Translations under genes and position numbers: made by a program | Source of the DNA: the human T2T-CHM13v2.0 reference genome, Homo sapiens | DNA length: 64,000 nucleotides | NCBI RefSeq assembly: GCF_009914755.1 | Contig: NC_060929.1 | Reading direction: 5' to 3' (one strand) | Notes under the pieces: generated by a model | Told to the model about the DNA's origin: nothing | Database searches by the model: none | What the model saw: the letters and a program-made list of their open reading frames with translations, nothing else | Part shown: piece after piece, positions 45,172-60,589 of the stretch | Numbering within the stretch: the first letter of the stretch is position 1 | How the letters are laid out: the number at the start of each line of letters is the position of its first letter

Positions 45172-45547
45172 TGCTATGGACTGAATTGTATCCTTCCAAA
45201 ATTCCTCTGTTGAAGCCCCAATCTCCAGTGTGATGGTATTTGGAGATGGGGCCTTTGGGAGGTGATTAGATTTAGATGTGGTCATGAGAATGGGACCCTC
45301 ACGATGGGCTTAGTGCACTTATAAGAAGAGAAGACTGGAGGGCGCGTTGCCTCCTTCTCCCTCTCACCCCTCACCCTCCCTTGTTCTCCCCCATGTGAAG
45401 ACATAGCAAGAAGCAGGCCTCACCCGAACCTGATGATACTTGGCACTCTGATCCTAAACTTTTCAGAACTGTGAGAAAATAAATATCTGTTGTTGAAGCC
45501 ACCCAGTCTCTGGTATTTTGCTATGGCAGCCGGAGCAGACTAAGATA
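45172..45547 (+). mobile_element. MLT1A/A0 solo LTR inserted into a MIR
   Basis: tgctatggactgaattgt...ggagatggggcctttgggaggtgattag...agcagactaagata. TSD catgg / cttgg. The MIR core resumes with tttcctcatctgtaaaa. Confidence 0.9.
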
Positions 45548-45959
45548 CTTGGTTTCCTCATCTGTAAAACAGAGGTTATAAGATCTATCTTGGAGACTTT
45601 AAAGAATTTGAACTGAATATAGAAAAGTGACTAGCAGCATGAATACACTAGGCATTTCTTTTCGTTAATGTCATTACAATCATCATCGTGATAATTATAA
45701 ATAGTTTTATTTCAGGGAATGGGATGTTCTGTTGAAGTGAATTTTTGAGGTAATAAGTTTAATTTCTTAGGCAAAGAGTTCTAAAAACACATTTCTAGAC
45801 CAAATAGTGTTCATCACATACATCTCTGCTTTTTAAAATAGTATGAAGATAGTATTTCATAGTACATAACATTAATAAGAATATGGTTTTATGAAAGTTT
45901 TGTTTAATGAATTTATACTACGCATGCACACATGAGTGTACTGAAATGTGTGGTAAAAT

Positions 45960-46298
45960 GTATTTCTAATGATATGTGATTTTAAATGTCGTTTCATATG
46001 CTTGTTTGCCATCTGAATGTCTCCCTTGGTGAGGAATCTGTTCAGATCTTTTACCCATTTAAACAATTGGTTGGTTGTTTTCTTCTTGAGTTTCAAGGGT
46101 GTTTGGTATATTTTGTTTACAAATTATTCATCAGATATGTGTTTTGCAAATATTTTCCACAGTCTGTGGCTTGCCTTTTCATTCTCTTAACCATGTCTTT
46201 TGTAGAGCAGAAGTTCTTAATTTTAATGAAGTTTGACTTATCAGATTTTCTTTTCATGGATTGTGCTTTTGGTGTCATATCCAAGGACTCATTGCCAG
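45960..46298 (-). mobile_element. L1 ORF2 C-terminal fragment
   Basis: ORF 46117-46323 (MTPKAQ...FIKIKNFCSTKD...KRQATD). Confidence 0.85.
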
Positions 46299-49225
<2,927 letters not shown>

Positions 49226-49259
49226 TAATTTATACCTCACTAAATCCACAGAGTAAGAA

Positions 49260-50200
49260 TATATTTCACATGGTAAAAAACCTGCCAATTCCAAGTGCTA
49301 GTGAGGACATGGAGTCACTGGAACTGTTGTATTTTGGTGGGTCAGTAAAATTGTACAGCCTCTCTGGGAAACGGGCTGGCAGTTTTTTTTAAAGTTAAAC
49401 ACACACTTAACATATTCCAATCCTTGGTATTTATTCAAGAAAAATGGAAACATGTGTTCACCAAAAGACTTTTATATAAATATTAATAGCTTTATTCACA
49501 AGAGTCAAAAACCAGAGACAACCCAACTGTTCATCAGTAAGTGAATGGACAAATTGTGGTACATTCATACAATGAAATACTACTTGGCAATAAAAAACAA
49601 TAAGCTACTGATGTACATGACCTCGTAGATGGATCTCAAGGACATGCTGAGGAGAACAGTACAGTACAGTACGTAGAGCACAGGAGTGTGCCCTTACCTA
49701 AGGGTTCGCTTTCCCAGGCCAACCATCATGGAAAATAGGTGGGTACGGTACAGTGAGGTATATTTGAGAGAGAGAAGGACCATCATGTTTGCATAACTTT
49801 TACTAACAGTATATTGTTATAATTGTTCTATTAATTTCTTACTGAGCCTAATTTATAAATTAAAGTTTATCACAGGTATATACGTATAGGAAAAAGTTAG
49901 TATATATAGGGTTTGGTGCTATCTGTGGTTTCAGGCATCCACTGGGGGTCTTGGAATGTATCCCTCCTAAGTAAGTGGGACTACTGTAGACCTTGCAAAA
50001 TTTCATATATATGTCATTTCAGAACAAACAAAACTATTGGCTGGGGGAGGGGATTTGACTGCAAAGGAGCATGAGGGAATATTTTAGGGAGCTCTGTTCT
50101 AGATCTTGCCTGTGCTAGGTTGGTCTTGTCAATATTCCACAACCTGTACACTCAAAATGGGTACATTTTACTTTAAGTAAATTGTGCCCCAATAAAGTTT
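49260..50200 (+). mobile_element. L1ME-like 3' end interrupted by MER44
   Basis: ccaagtgctagtgaggacatggag...aaattgtggtacattcatacaatgaaatac...aaattgtgccccaataaag. Confidence 0.75.
49681..49986 (+). mobile_element. MER44A (Tigger7-derived MITE)
   Basis: aaaataggtgggtac...ataacttttactaacagtatattgttataattgttc...caggcatccactgggggtcttggaa...gactactg followed by TA. Confidence 0.88.
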
Positions 50201-50789
50201 AAAAGAAGATGCCAACCAAACCCTTCGGTGGACAGAAAGTTTCACTAAGTAACAAGAATCAGGGTCTAATTTAGAAATTCTGATTTTAGACCCTCCTACT
50301 CTCATCGTAGGTATTCTCACTTAAACATGGAAAATACAAATCAATTTTCAAAAGCTTCTTTTTAAGGTGAAGTCAAAAAGTAAAGTCACATTCATTAGGA
50401 CTTTTAATTTCTACTATCTTAATATGAATTTTGTATCTCCCCAGGGATTCTCTAGCTTGGTTCTTTGTACTAAACAATTATTGTGAGATTGGGAATTGCA
50501 TTTTTATCCCAGTTTCTGAAAAGGTAAGGTTGTCCTTCTGTCTTCTGGAAATATGACCAGGGGTTAGATTTTCATCCAGGGCGAATAAGTCCCTTGTTTA
50601 TCAGTCCATGTCTATTGCAGCCACAAGAAACTTGAGACTTATTTAGATAATTTCCATGGGGAAAAAATCCCTTATTTCAATTATCTAGTGGTGGTCATTG
50701 AAAAATTATTTTGCCTTATCTAGAGAATTGATTCACTGACCCACTTTGGTGTGGGGGCGTGTAGATGTGCTTTGTTCCCACATGGACAC

Positions 50790-51050
50790 TTGTTGAGGGA
50801 AGGGGACAGATACTTACGGAGTGCCAGTGATGGGCCAGGCACAGGGCTCAGTACTTTATGAGCATAATCACATTTAATTTTACCCTCAGAAGAGGCCTCA
50901 CTGGTAGCTCCCATTTTCTCCATGTTTTACCTGTGGCTGAGGGTCAGATTGGGTAAGCAATGTGGTGTTTAAGTTGTGAAATAGGATTCAAACCTGGGGT
51001 CTTACCCACCCCCAAACCCATGATCTTTCTGCTACATCGCACTATAGGAA
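50790..51050 (-). mobile_element. MIR SINE
   Basis: gggccaggcacagggctcagtacttt...ggattcaaacctgggg. Confidence 0.6.
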
Positions 51051-51919
51051 GTAAATTGTGACCCAACTATGGCCAAAGAAATAGTCCCCCTCTTGTCAGA
51101 TGTGAAATGCCATCTTGCTTGTGTTTGCCCATGGCAGATTGCCTGCATGTTTCCATGGTTTACAAGCCACCGAGGACCATGCGAGGGAGCAGGCCACTGC
51201 CACATCACCAAGAACAGCAGCCAGCAGGACTTGTCTCTGAAGTTCCTGAGAGTCTGGGCTGATCTGTTTCCCCGATAATTTTGCAGAGTGTGTGCCTCCC
51301 AAACTCTTGGTCCACCTGGAAGATCCCACAGTTTTCTTGTGAAAAGACCAACAAACCGTTCTCAGGGTTTCAGGAGCTTGTGTTACCCCCTCCTCTATCA
51401 AGCATGTTTTATGCTGGATTGAATTTCTCTCTTTACGGAGGAACTCAGCGCTGTGCTCAAAAATACCACCAGAGTCATGAATATTAAGAACACATTTTTC
51501 TTTCATTTTTTCTTTCTTGCGTCCCAGAGTTGGTCTGAGGCAGCAAACCCAGGCAGGTGTGTAATCCTGCACAGATCACCCTGGTTCCATGGGCTCCCCA
51601 GTGGGGCAGGGTGAGCTGGGCTGGGTGGTGCCTGTGTTGCTTAGGTAGACGAAATGCTTTTGTGCATGTTTGGAGGCTGGGGGGAAGGTTCACGGCCAGG
51701 TCACTGCGCCAGCATTCTTTCCTTGGCCACAGCTGCAGTGGTGGGCCCCCAGCAGGAGAAGCGCGGGCAGGCGGGGTGCAGGTCTTGGGAGGCTGAGCAG
51801 CAGCTGCTGTGTTTGGTTTCCCTTTGGTCCCGGGGATTTAGATAAAAGGGCTGCTTTTATTGATTGGGGAGATTGAGGGAGGGAGGAGGCTCTAAGAAGT
51901 CAGCCTTTGCCTTTTTGTT

Positions 51920-52135
51920 TTTTAAGCAAACATTTATTGAGCATTTACTGTGTGCCAGGCACCATGCTAAATGCTTTTCATGCATTATCAGGTTCAATCC
52001 TCATGACAGCCCTGCTGTTTTAGTCTCCATTTGACCCAGGAGGAGACCAAAGCTCAGAAAGGTTAAGTAATCTGCCCAAGGTCACACAGCTTGTAAAAGG
52101 TAAAGAGCCTGGAGCCCTCTGCGGCCTGAACTGCT
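51920..52135 (-). mobile_element. MIR with an L2-like tail
   Basis: catttattgagcatttactgtgtgccaggcacc...ctcagaaaggttaagtaatctgcccaaggtcacacagc. Confidence 0.8.
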
Positions 52136-53870
52136 GTGATGCCCGATTACTGCCGTTCTCTTTCTGCCTGCGTGCTCCATCCACCTGTTCCTCTGCCCCC
52201 AGAATGGTCTCTGGAGAACTCAGCCCTGCTCTGCATCTTCAGTGGCTTCTCCTTTCCCATGGTGCACAGTTTACCTGTGATCTGAGCCCGGCATGTCCTT
52301 CCCCCAGGAAGTCCCACTGAGTTGTGCCTTTTCCTCCCTCACATCTTGCCTTCTCCTGGGATACCTGTGCCCCAGACCTCCTGCCTGTCTCTCAAAGCAG
52401 AACCCAGAGGCCCCACTTCTAGGGAGCAACCCCCCAAAATTACATCTCAGCTACCAGCCCCTCCCGACCCTCAGCATGCTAAGCCTGGGTTGGATGGGGT
52501 TCCAGAGGGCAGGAGTTGGATCTTGGCTGTCTCCCCACCCCTGCTGCCCACGTAGGGGCTGGCATGCACACTGAATTGCATGGAAACACCTACCTTTGTG
52601 TCCCCTTTGTCCTTAGCACCCAGAGTTCCTTGTGGTCATGTCCTGCCTGGTATCATGCCAGTGTCAGGACTATCCCAGACCCCTTCCCCAGTTGGCATGG
52701 GCCTCATCCCTAAGGGAGGGCTGGCCTTAGTGGCCATTCCCTGCCTGATAATAAAGTCACAGGAAGAAATTGGCCCATTATTTGAGATGAAGGTGTTGCT
52801 CTCTGGCCCAGTGGGCAGGTGTCTTCCAAAGTGGGTAGGCTGGCTGCCTGAGGCAGTAGAAAAAAGGACCCAAGGGACTGCAATCCCAAAGGTGGAATGG
52901 GGCCAGGTCCTGGGCTGAGGGTCTAGCTGGAGTAAGATACAAGAATGGTTGTGGGGCGGCAAGGAGGGTGGCAGACATAGATCTGTGTGGGGCACAGTGA
53001 GAGGGTGGGGAGGGTGTTGCTGGGGAGCACAGGTGTTACCTGGCCAACAGGAAACCAGAAGTGCAGGGATTATCCAACCCGAGATCACAAGGACAGACAT
53101 GCACTGAATGTCATTTGCTGAAATGAATTAGGACCCCAGCTGGCTGTTCAGGTTGCAAACGAATCTCAAAGTGGTATTATTGGGGGATCAGTGTTACTCA
53201 CTCTAGTTAATGAGCTGATAATGCTTCCATGGAAACCCTTTTGCTAAGAGCTAAGGGGAAATCTATGTTATTTCCTTGATGAAATATTCCTGGGCCTCAG
53301 TTTCCTCATCTGTGGAATGAGGCCTATGTGCCACAGCCCTCTTGTTAGCAGACACTGCTCAGCGTTGCAGAGCCACACAGGTGGTGCCCGAGGTAGAGAG
53401 GCTTCCCTAGCCCTGTGCTGTGGGCAGTGTTGAAGGGCTGCCTGGCATGCACCACCTTGGATCAGCACTCCAAGGACAGTCAAACGTGACTTTCCTGCCT
53501 TGTTGCTATCAGACAGTTACATTTCATTGGTAAGTTACGTCAATTCTGAGTTTTAACAAAAGTTTCTGGGTGGGGCCTCTACTCTTAGGGAGTTGAGTCT
53601 GTTGCCATGGAAGGAGGTTAACCTACATTTAGGGTGCAGGTTGGTTCATTTAATTTCTATCTATCCTGGGAGAGCAGGGTAGGGGTGGGTGGCTAGTATT
53701 TTGTTTGTAAAATGAAGCTGATGTGGCTCAGACAGGGTAGGTGACTGTCCCAGGGTCACAGGTGACTGGTGGAGGTATGTGGAAGTCAGGTGTGGCCCAC
53801 TTGAGTGCTCCTGCCATGGACTGCCCTCTGCTAGCCTCATCTGTGCTGGGCATGGGCCGGGCTGTGACTG

Positions 53871-53942
53871 GTCCGTCCGTCCGTCCGTCCGTCCGTCCGT
53901 CCATCCATCCATCCATCCATCCATCCATCCATCCATCCATCC
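53871..53942. repeat. Compound tetranucleotide microsatellite (GTCC)8(ATCC)10
   Basis: Counted directly; uninterrupted. Confidence 0.98.
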
Positions 53943-54824
53943 CCTCCCTGCCTTTTCTGCCTTCCCTGCCTGCAAGCTGTCCCAGAGCACATGGATTACA
54001 GAAGGTACCAATGGGGCTTCCCTGCAGCCAGCCCTGTGGGGACCCACGGATTGTGGCCAGGATGACCCTTTTATTCTTGACCTGATGGTCCCCATGTGTG
54101 ACAGTATCCTTGCCTTCTCTTTGGACATCACACTCTGGAAGGCTCTCGGTGCAGGCAGCTAGGGACAGCCTTGCCTTTGTTTATAGGTTAGTTCCCAATC
54201 ATGGTGGTTTAGATAAAAACAAAAGAGAATGATGCCCTTTGGCCTTGCTGCTGGCTGCCAGGTGTGTGTGGCTTGCAGAGCATTTCTACACCTATGGTGG
54301 TATTGAGGACTGCTTTGCTGACGGATATTGGAGGGTCATCTGGAACAATGGCCAGGGCTTGTGTCACACTGACCACAACAGTCTGAACACCAAGGAGGCA
54401 GGATGTGAGGGCGGGCAAGGGTTGAGGCCTCAGTGTCAAACAGACCAGCGCCGACTCTAGATTGTACCGTTTTCTTCTTGTGTGACCTTGAGCAAGTTGC
54501 TTAGGCGCAGTGCCTTTACCTGTGAAATAGCAGTAGTGATGACGATGATGACGATGATGAAGACGACAGGCACTCACAATGTGGAGCACGTAAGCCCAAC
54601 CAAGGACCTGGATCGTGCAGGGAAAGCAGCCCCTACATGGTGCAAGTGGTGGTCAGGATTCTAGTGTCGCCCTGGTAGCAGTGGGTCCTCTCAGCTCTCT
54701 CCCTCCAGCAGCCTGGGAGGCCGATGATGCTGACCCCACAGGACAGGTTCCTCCACTAGGCAGGCCCTGCATCTGCCCAGAGCCTCTTCTGCACGGGAGC
54801 CACATGGAGATCGTGTTAAAGCCT

Positions 54825-55005
54825 CGGCGTCCATTGTTCAATCAATCAGGCTAATCTGCCTGCCCCTCGATAAGGGGAGGGATCGGGTTTCAGGGAGATT
54901 TTCCCTGGATTACTTCTAGTAGCCGCTCAGTCTAGACAGGCCTCTCAGTTACAGGGGTGCAGACAAAGGCGAGGAGCGGGAATGCCTGGCCACGAGGTGG
55001 CCCAG
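54825..55005. promoter_or_regulatory. Candidate enhancer/insulator motif cluster
   Basis: CCATTGTT (SOX, 54831), ATCAATCA = TGATTGAT on the minus strand (PBX, 54841-54848), GATAAG (about 54869), CTCF-like tggccacgaggtggccc (54987-55003). Confidence 0.4.
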
Positions 55006-55544
55006 GGCCCTGCCGGATGCCTCCTCTCCCTCCTTCCCTCCCTCCACTGCCCTCCTCTCTCCTGGGGGGCCAGGGCAGGGAAGACACCAACCTACTGACC
55101 TGGGGGCCCTGGTCAATCCAGGTGAAGGTGCTGAGCCCTGATGGTGTGCCCAGGCTGGACACTGAGGAGCAATCATAATACATTGAGCTGATGTCTAGGG
55201 AGCGCTTCACCCTGTGCCTGGCATGGCGAAGAGACCCACGTGGGCTTTATCCTTCTCAATTCCTGTGGCGCTCTCATGAGGAAGCCACTCATGATGTGTG
55301 CATTTAAAGATGAGAACAGTTAGGTGCAGGGAACGTGGGGTGGGGATTGGCTGGTGAAAGGATCGTCCCAGTGCTGACGGGACAGGCAGGGAGGTGTATG
55401 TTGACCTCCACCATCTCTGGAATTGAGGTGGAGGCCAAAACATTTCTGATGTGTCACTCTTCAGCCCACTTTTCCTGCCACAAGAGGACCCCGACGGCTC
55501 TGAAGCCTTGGGCGGTGTGGCCTGCATGGCCTGCCTGCACATCT

Positions 55545-55740
55545 GTGTTCTGGGTTCCTAGCCTGGCTTTGCTACTCCCTTGCCCTGTGATCTGGGCAAG
55601 TCACTTCTGGACATCAGTGTGCTCATCTGTAAAACGGGCATGACATTTACCCTGTCTGGCAATAGGAGCCCTGTGTGAGTCACCAGAGAGAACGTGTGGG
55701 AAATAAGTAGTTTTGGAAACCACGAAGTGCTGTGCCAGTG
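55545..55740 (+). mobile_element. MIR SINE
   Basis: ctgtgatctgggcaagtcacttc...ctcatctgtaaaacggg. Confidence 0.7.
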
Positions 55741-56744
55741 ATAGTTACCAGCTCCTAGTACGCTGTCTGCCAGCCCTGGCTGGGGCTGAATGAATGAATG
55801 TGAATAACCTTCCTTCTAAAATAGGGTTGGGGTGTCTCGTCTGTTCCCCTTTTCCATATCCCCAACTTGTCCTAACCCTGGGGAATGTGGGGAGCAGCCC
55901 TGGAGGCCAGGTGATCTCAATGGTCTCACTCCAAGGCCACAAGGGAGAGCTGCATATGTGGCCTGTCTCTCCAGGTTTTCTGGAAGATGAGTGGGGGATG
56001 CTCCCTGGCCCTCACTGGCATCTGAGGTCATGCAGGTGCAGCCCTTGCCACTAAGCTATTGCAGTGTCCAGGCGGGCTGTCAGTGCAGGACAGGCTTGAA
56101 TGCAGGGACTGCCTTCTCAGGCTTTTGGAACAGCTTGGAGAGGGGCCTTGAGAAAACATCCTTCAGGGCTGGAATGTGAACTTTGGTCATGTATATGTGT
56201 GCATGCGAGAGAGGACGAGGAGACAGAGGAGACACGTGGCTCTTCATTTTCTGACTCATCTATCCTGGATTTTAAACAGGATCTAGTATAATTCCACATT
56301 ACTTTCTTGTTCTCCGTGCCCTCTACAAAGTGAAACACTTGATTCAAGAGAACGAGGCATCGCTCATTTAATGGATTAGCTTTTCCCAGAGCAGCAAACC
56401 CAAAAACCATATGAGAACAAAAAACGATAATAGCAATAGTAAAACTGACAAGTTCATGAGACCCTGAGGCATTGCTCCTCTGTACCCAGTGTCTTCTATC
56501 TCCAAGTCTTCTTTGTTTCAAGGGCGTCAAATCAGAAATTAACCTTGTACATGAACCTGGGGAGGGCAGAGGCTGCACAGAGATGGCCTTGGGTGGTGGC
56601 TGAAATGGTTCTGCACACCCCTTCTCTTGTACTATACACTTATTTAGCCTGTACACTGTGCTCTTTGGATCAGAGGGGGCTTAGCAAGGAATGGGCAGGA
56701 GGAGGGGGTCTCTTTATCAGTGAACACGGGAGCAGCATGAGAAG

Positions 56745-56900
56745 TTCAAAGAATTTTGAGACCTGACTCCACTTGCCAGCTGTGTGTCTTAGGAAGTCAG
56801 TTAACCTCTCTGAGTCTCTGCTTCCTCATCTGTGAAATGTGAGAGGGACAGGACTGAAGCTGTAAGGCCATTGTGAAGATTTGTCTAAGATGGCAGGCCT
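56745..56900 (+). mobile_element. MIR SINE
   Basis: ccacttgccagctgtgtgtcttaggaagtcagttaacctctctgagtctctgcttcctcatctgtgaaatg. Confidence 0.8.
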
Positions 56901-57809
56901 GATAGGGCTTTGTGCTGGGAGGCGAGCCCTTCGGAAGGACTGAGCATGGGAGCTGTTGGCAGGGCTGTGAATCTGCAGGCAAAGCCTTTGCTGTGGGCTC
57001 TTTGGGTGTTTGACTTGCCTGTTTAATCGGCCTTGGGTACCTTGACTCATTTCCATTTTTATAAATGCATTAAAAATGCCACTGGGCTCAGAACAAACGC
57101 CAATTTAACCTAAGCATAGCTTACTCTTTGTAATGGTGAGTCTTGAATCTCCACCAAGCCAGGCATGGCTGCTTCCAGCAAGAGGAGCAGGATTATAATA
57201 AAATCAGTATGTGTTCATAGACATTAAGTGTGTTATTAGCATCTTTGAATTGGATGAAAGCTAATCTTTTCCACATTCAATGAACAAACATGAATGATGT
57301 CAGTGAGAGAGAGGAGGAAACCATGCCCGTGGGCAGAAACCAGTGACATGCAATGAAGAGGAGGAAATGGAAGCAGCTCTGCCACCTCCTTGCTGTAGAA
57401 CCTCGAGTGAATCACTTGACACCTCTGGTCCTCAGTTTCCTTAATCTGTCAAATGAGAGAATTCTTGGTTTATCTATCCACTGGGATGAAGACCTTGTGA
57501 AAATATATACTGAAAAGATGTTTAAAAAGTATAAATCATATACAATTGTATAGGGTTGTTATTGATGGAAGGACATGGTGGTGTATGGATAGTCATTGGC
57601 AACAGATGACTTGTAAAATTCTGTAGTTAGATTTTAGGTGCCTGAAGTGAATGAGTGAGTTGAAAAATATGCCAGGCAAGACAGCTGTTTACATTTCTAG
57701 GAACGCATACTCTGTGGTTTTTCCAATTACACATCTTTTACTTAAATAGAACAGGATATTACAAAATTTAACCTGTTCTTGTTGCCCTTACCATTAAAAA
57801 CATTGTCAA

Positions 57810-58020
57810 CAGTTGAGAGCTCTTAGGGGCCAAGCACTGACTATGTACTTTGACTGTATTATCTAATCCTCATCACAAACCTAGGAGGCAGATCCTATAA
57901 TTGCCAGTACTATTTTATAGTGAGGAAACAGTCTCGCCGAAGTGGGGCAACTTGCCCAGCCAGGGTCATACAGCTAATAAGACACGGGCAGGTGATTGAA
58001 CCCTTGAAATCTGTTGCCCT
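57810..58020 (-). mobile_element. MIR SINE
   Basis: ctaatcctcatcacaaacct...attttatagtgaggaaacag...aacttgccc...ggtcatacagctaataag. Confidence 0.7.
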
Positions 58021-58239
58021 CCAGTATTGCCAGCAAGTCAACACAAACATTTGACCTTTCCCCGCTTCCTCCCTCTTTTCCTCCTCTTTTCTGTAGATAA
58101 TTTAATCAAAAAATCATTGGGTTCTGGTATGGTGGAATGAGAAGTTTGAAAAATCCTCTCCCCCAAAAGCAATGATAAAACTGGAGAAAATCAGTAAAAA
58201 TCACCTGAAAGGCTCTAGAAACTGAGCAAGATCATACAT

Positions 58240-59270
58240 TTCATACAAATATAAAATGGCACAACCACTTTGAAAAACAGCTTGGCTGATTCTTAAAAAG
58301 TTAAACATAAATTTACTATCCAACCAATATACACTTTTAGGTATCTACCTGTATTGGTTTTCTATCGTTGCTGTAACAAATTACCACAAACTTAGTGGTT
58401 TAAAACAATGCAAATTTATTATCTTACACTTTTGGAGGTTAGAGTCCAAAAGGATCTCACTGGGCTAAAATCAAGGTGTTGGCAGGGCTACGTTCCTTTC
58501 CCTAGGCTTTAGGGAGAATATTTTTCCTTCCCTTTTCCAGCTTTCAGAGCTTGCCCACAATTCCTCGACTCATAACCTTCATCTTCAAAGCCAGCAGCAG
58601 CATATTGAGTCCGTCTCACATTGTTTCACTCTGACCTCCTCTTCTGGCTCTTCCACTTTTAAGGACTCTTGTGATTATACAAGGCCTGCCCAGATAATCC
58701 AGGATAATCTTGCTTTCTTAAGGTCAGCTGATTAGCAACCTGGACATCTCTGGGAGCCCATTATTCTGCCTACAGCACTACTCAAGATAAACGAAAATAC
58801 GTGCCTACACAAAGACCTGTACGTAAATGTTCATAGTGGCATTATACACAGTAGCCCCAAGCTTGCAATAATCCAAATCCAGTCTATCGATTGGTAAATG
58901 GCTAAACAAAGTGTGATATATCCATGAAATGAAATATAATGTAGCAATGAGAATGAACTACTTATACATGTTACAACATGGATGAACTTCAAAAACATTA
59001 TGCTGAGTGAAGTCAGTCATATGCCAAAAAGGCATATAATTCCCTTTATATAAAATTTCTAGAAGAGGCAGATCAGGGTTGCCTGGGGATGGGAACTGGC
59101 TGCAAATGGACACTGGGAAGTTTGTTGAGGATGATGGAAGTACCTAAAACTGAATTGTGGTGGAGGTTACACAACTCTATAAATTCACTTGAAAATCTTT
59201 GAATCATATACTAAAAAGTGAGTTAATTTTATGGTAATTTATAATTTGTTCAAATTATTTTTAAAAAGAA
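58240..59270 (+). mobile_element. L1ME/L1MB-type 3' end interrupted by MLT1
   Basis: aaaatggcacaaccactttgaaaaacag...acatggatgaacttcaaaaacattatgctgagtgaa. Confidence 0.8.
58350..58777 (-). mobile_element. MLT1D-like solo LTR
   Basis: tgtattggttttctatcgttgctgtaacaaattaccacaaacttagtgg...cattattctgcctacagca. TSD ctacc / ctact. Confidence 0.88.
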
Positions 59271-59592
59271 AAGCATTTATGCAAGCCAAACAGGGAATAG
59301 GGCCTGGCAGAGGTTGAATGCCATGTGAGGAAAGTAACTGAGTGGGTGGCAGCCTGATGGGTCCAAGAACTTGGTTACATATAGGAGGATTGACCAGATA
59401 AGTAAACATACTGAGGATAACAGACCAGTTCTCTCATTGTTAGAAAACAAGAGTTATAGATATGGAAGTGGGAAAGTTAGAAATGAACCCAGTGTTATTG
59501 GAGGTATTGATGTAAACTCATGGTTTTCAATGTAGGTATAGAAATAAGTGTAGATGTAAATGTATGATATACATATACACACACATATATGC

Positions 59593-59911
59593 ACACACAT
59601 GTGTTGCTTAACTTCAGGGAGATGCTCTGAGAAATGTGTCATCAGGCAATTCCATTGCTGTGTGAACATCAGAGTGTACTCACACAAACCTAGATAGTAC
59701 AGCCTACCACCCAGGCTATGTGGTATGGCCTGTAGCACTAGGAACAAACCTGTGTAGCATGTTACTGCACGGAATGCTGCAGACAACTGTAACACAATGG
59801 TAAGTATTTCTGTATCTAAACATAGAAAAAGTACAGTAAAAACATGGTATTATGATATTATGGGACCATCTTTATATATGTGGTCTGTCATTGACTAAAA
59901 TATCATTATGT
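59593..59911 (+). mobile_element. Tigger3a (MER7A/Golem-derived) MITE
   Basis: ctgagaaatgtgtcatcaggcaattcc...acacaaacctagat...tgtaacacaatggtaagtatt...tatgggacca. Confidence 0.9.
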
Positions 59912-59913
59912 CA

Positions 59914-59945
<32 letters not shown>

Positions 59946-59948
59946 TAC
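59912..59948. repeat. (CA)9(CG)7 alternating purine-pyrimidine tract
   Basis: Counted directly; 37 bp of uninterrupted alternation. Confidence 0.95.
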
Positions 59949-60589
59949 TTCTGAGCTCTTTCGACAGAGCAGGCAGGCCTAGAAGCAATGACACTTATAC
60001 AACAAATAGCATACCTAGTTGCTCCAATGATGGTTTCTAATGTCATTTTCTGCTAAGGACACCAGGACTTTGGAGAAACGGTTGATTCCAGGACTGGGAC
60101 AGGAAAAGTACAAGATAGGCCAGGAGCACTGCATTATGCCAGAGAGTAAAGAAGTGCTCAAAGAAGGATGCAGACATGTCAAAAGGACATGGAAACAGTT
60201 TGAAGGGGCTCCCGTTGGCCCAAACTGGGACATTTGAACATCAAAATGTACAATATGGTGATGGAGTAAAACCCATTAAACAGCAGTCCATGAGCCCACA
60301 CTTGGATAAATAAATGTGGATGAAGAGAAGCTCCTTTTCATTGTAGAATGCCAACTGATCAATGTGGAAGGAACGATGTGGTTAGAAAGGTCTCTATTTG
60401 GCAGTCATAGTAATAATCATTAATTCAGGCAAAATTAATTACAGTTGTTTCCAATTAAAAAGTTAAACATATTTGCATGTTATGATGTGCCAGGCCCTGT
60501 TGTGTGCTATAATTCAGAGCTTAGATATGTGGCACTGTCCCTGCCTGGAATGGTGGCAGGCCACGTTTTAAAAGTTGCTTTTCATCTGT

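Larger units (their letters stand above)
59370..60465 (+). mobile_element. L1MC-type 3'UTR interrupted by Tigger3a
   Basis: ggcctagaagcaatgacac...tgattccaggactgggacaggaaaagtacaagat; the same 3'UTR type appears antisense at about 42.8-43.1 kb. Confidence 0.7.

Noticed and set aside
55119-55214. Stem ggtgaag-g-tgct / agcg-cttcacc enclosing CTGA words, resembling a C/D snoRNA or pre-miRNA
   Set aside because: The C box is non-canonical (ctgatgg), the boxes do not abut the stem and the interior does not pair into a long hairpin. An Infernal/Rfam search would be needed to revive this call.
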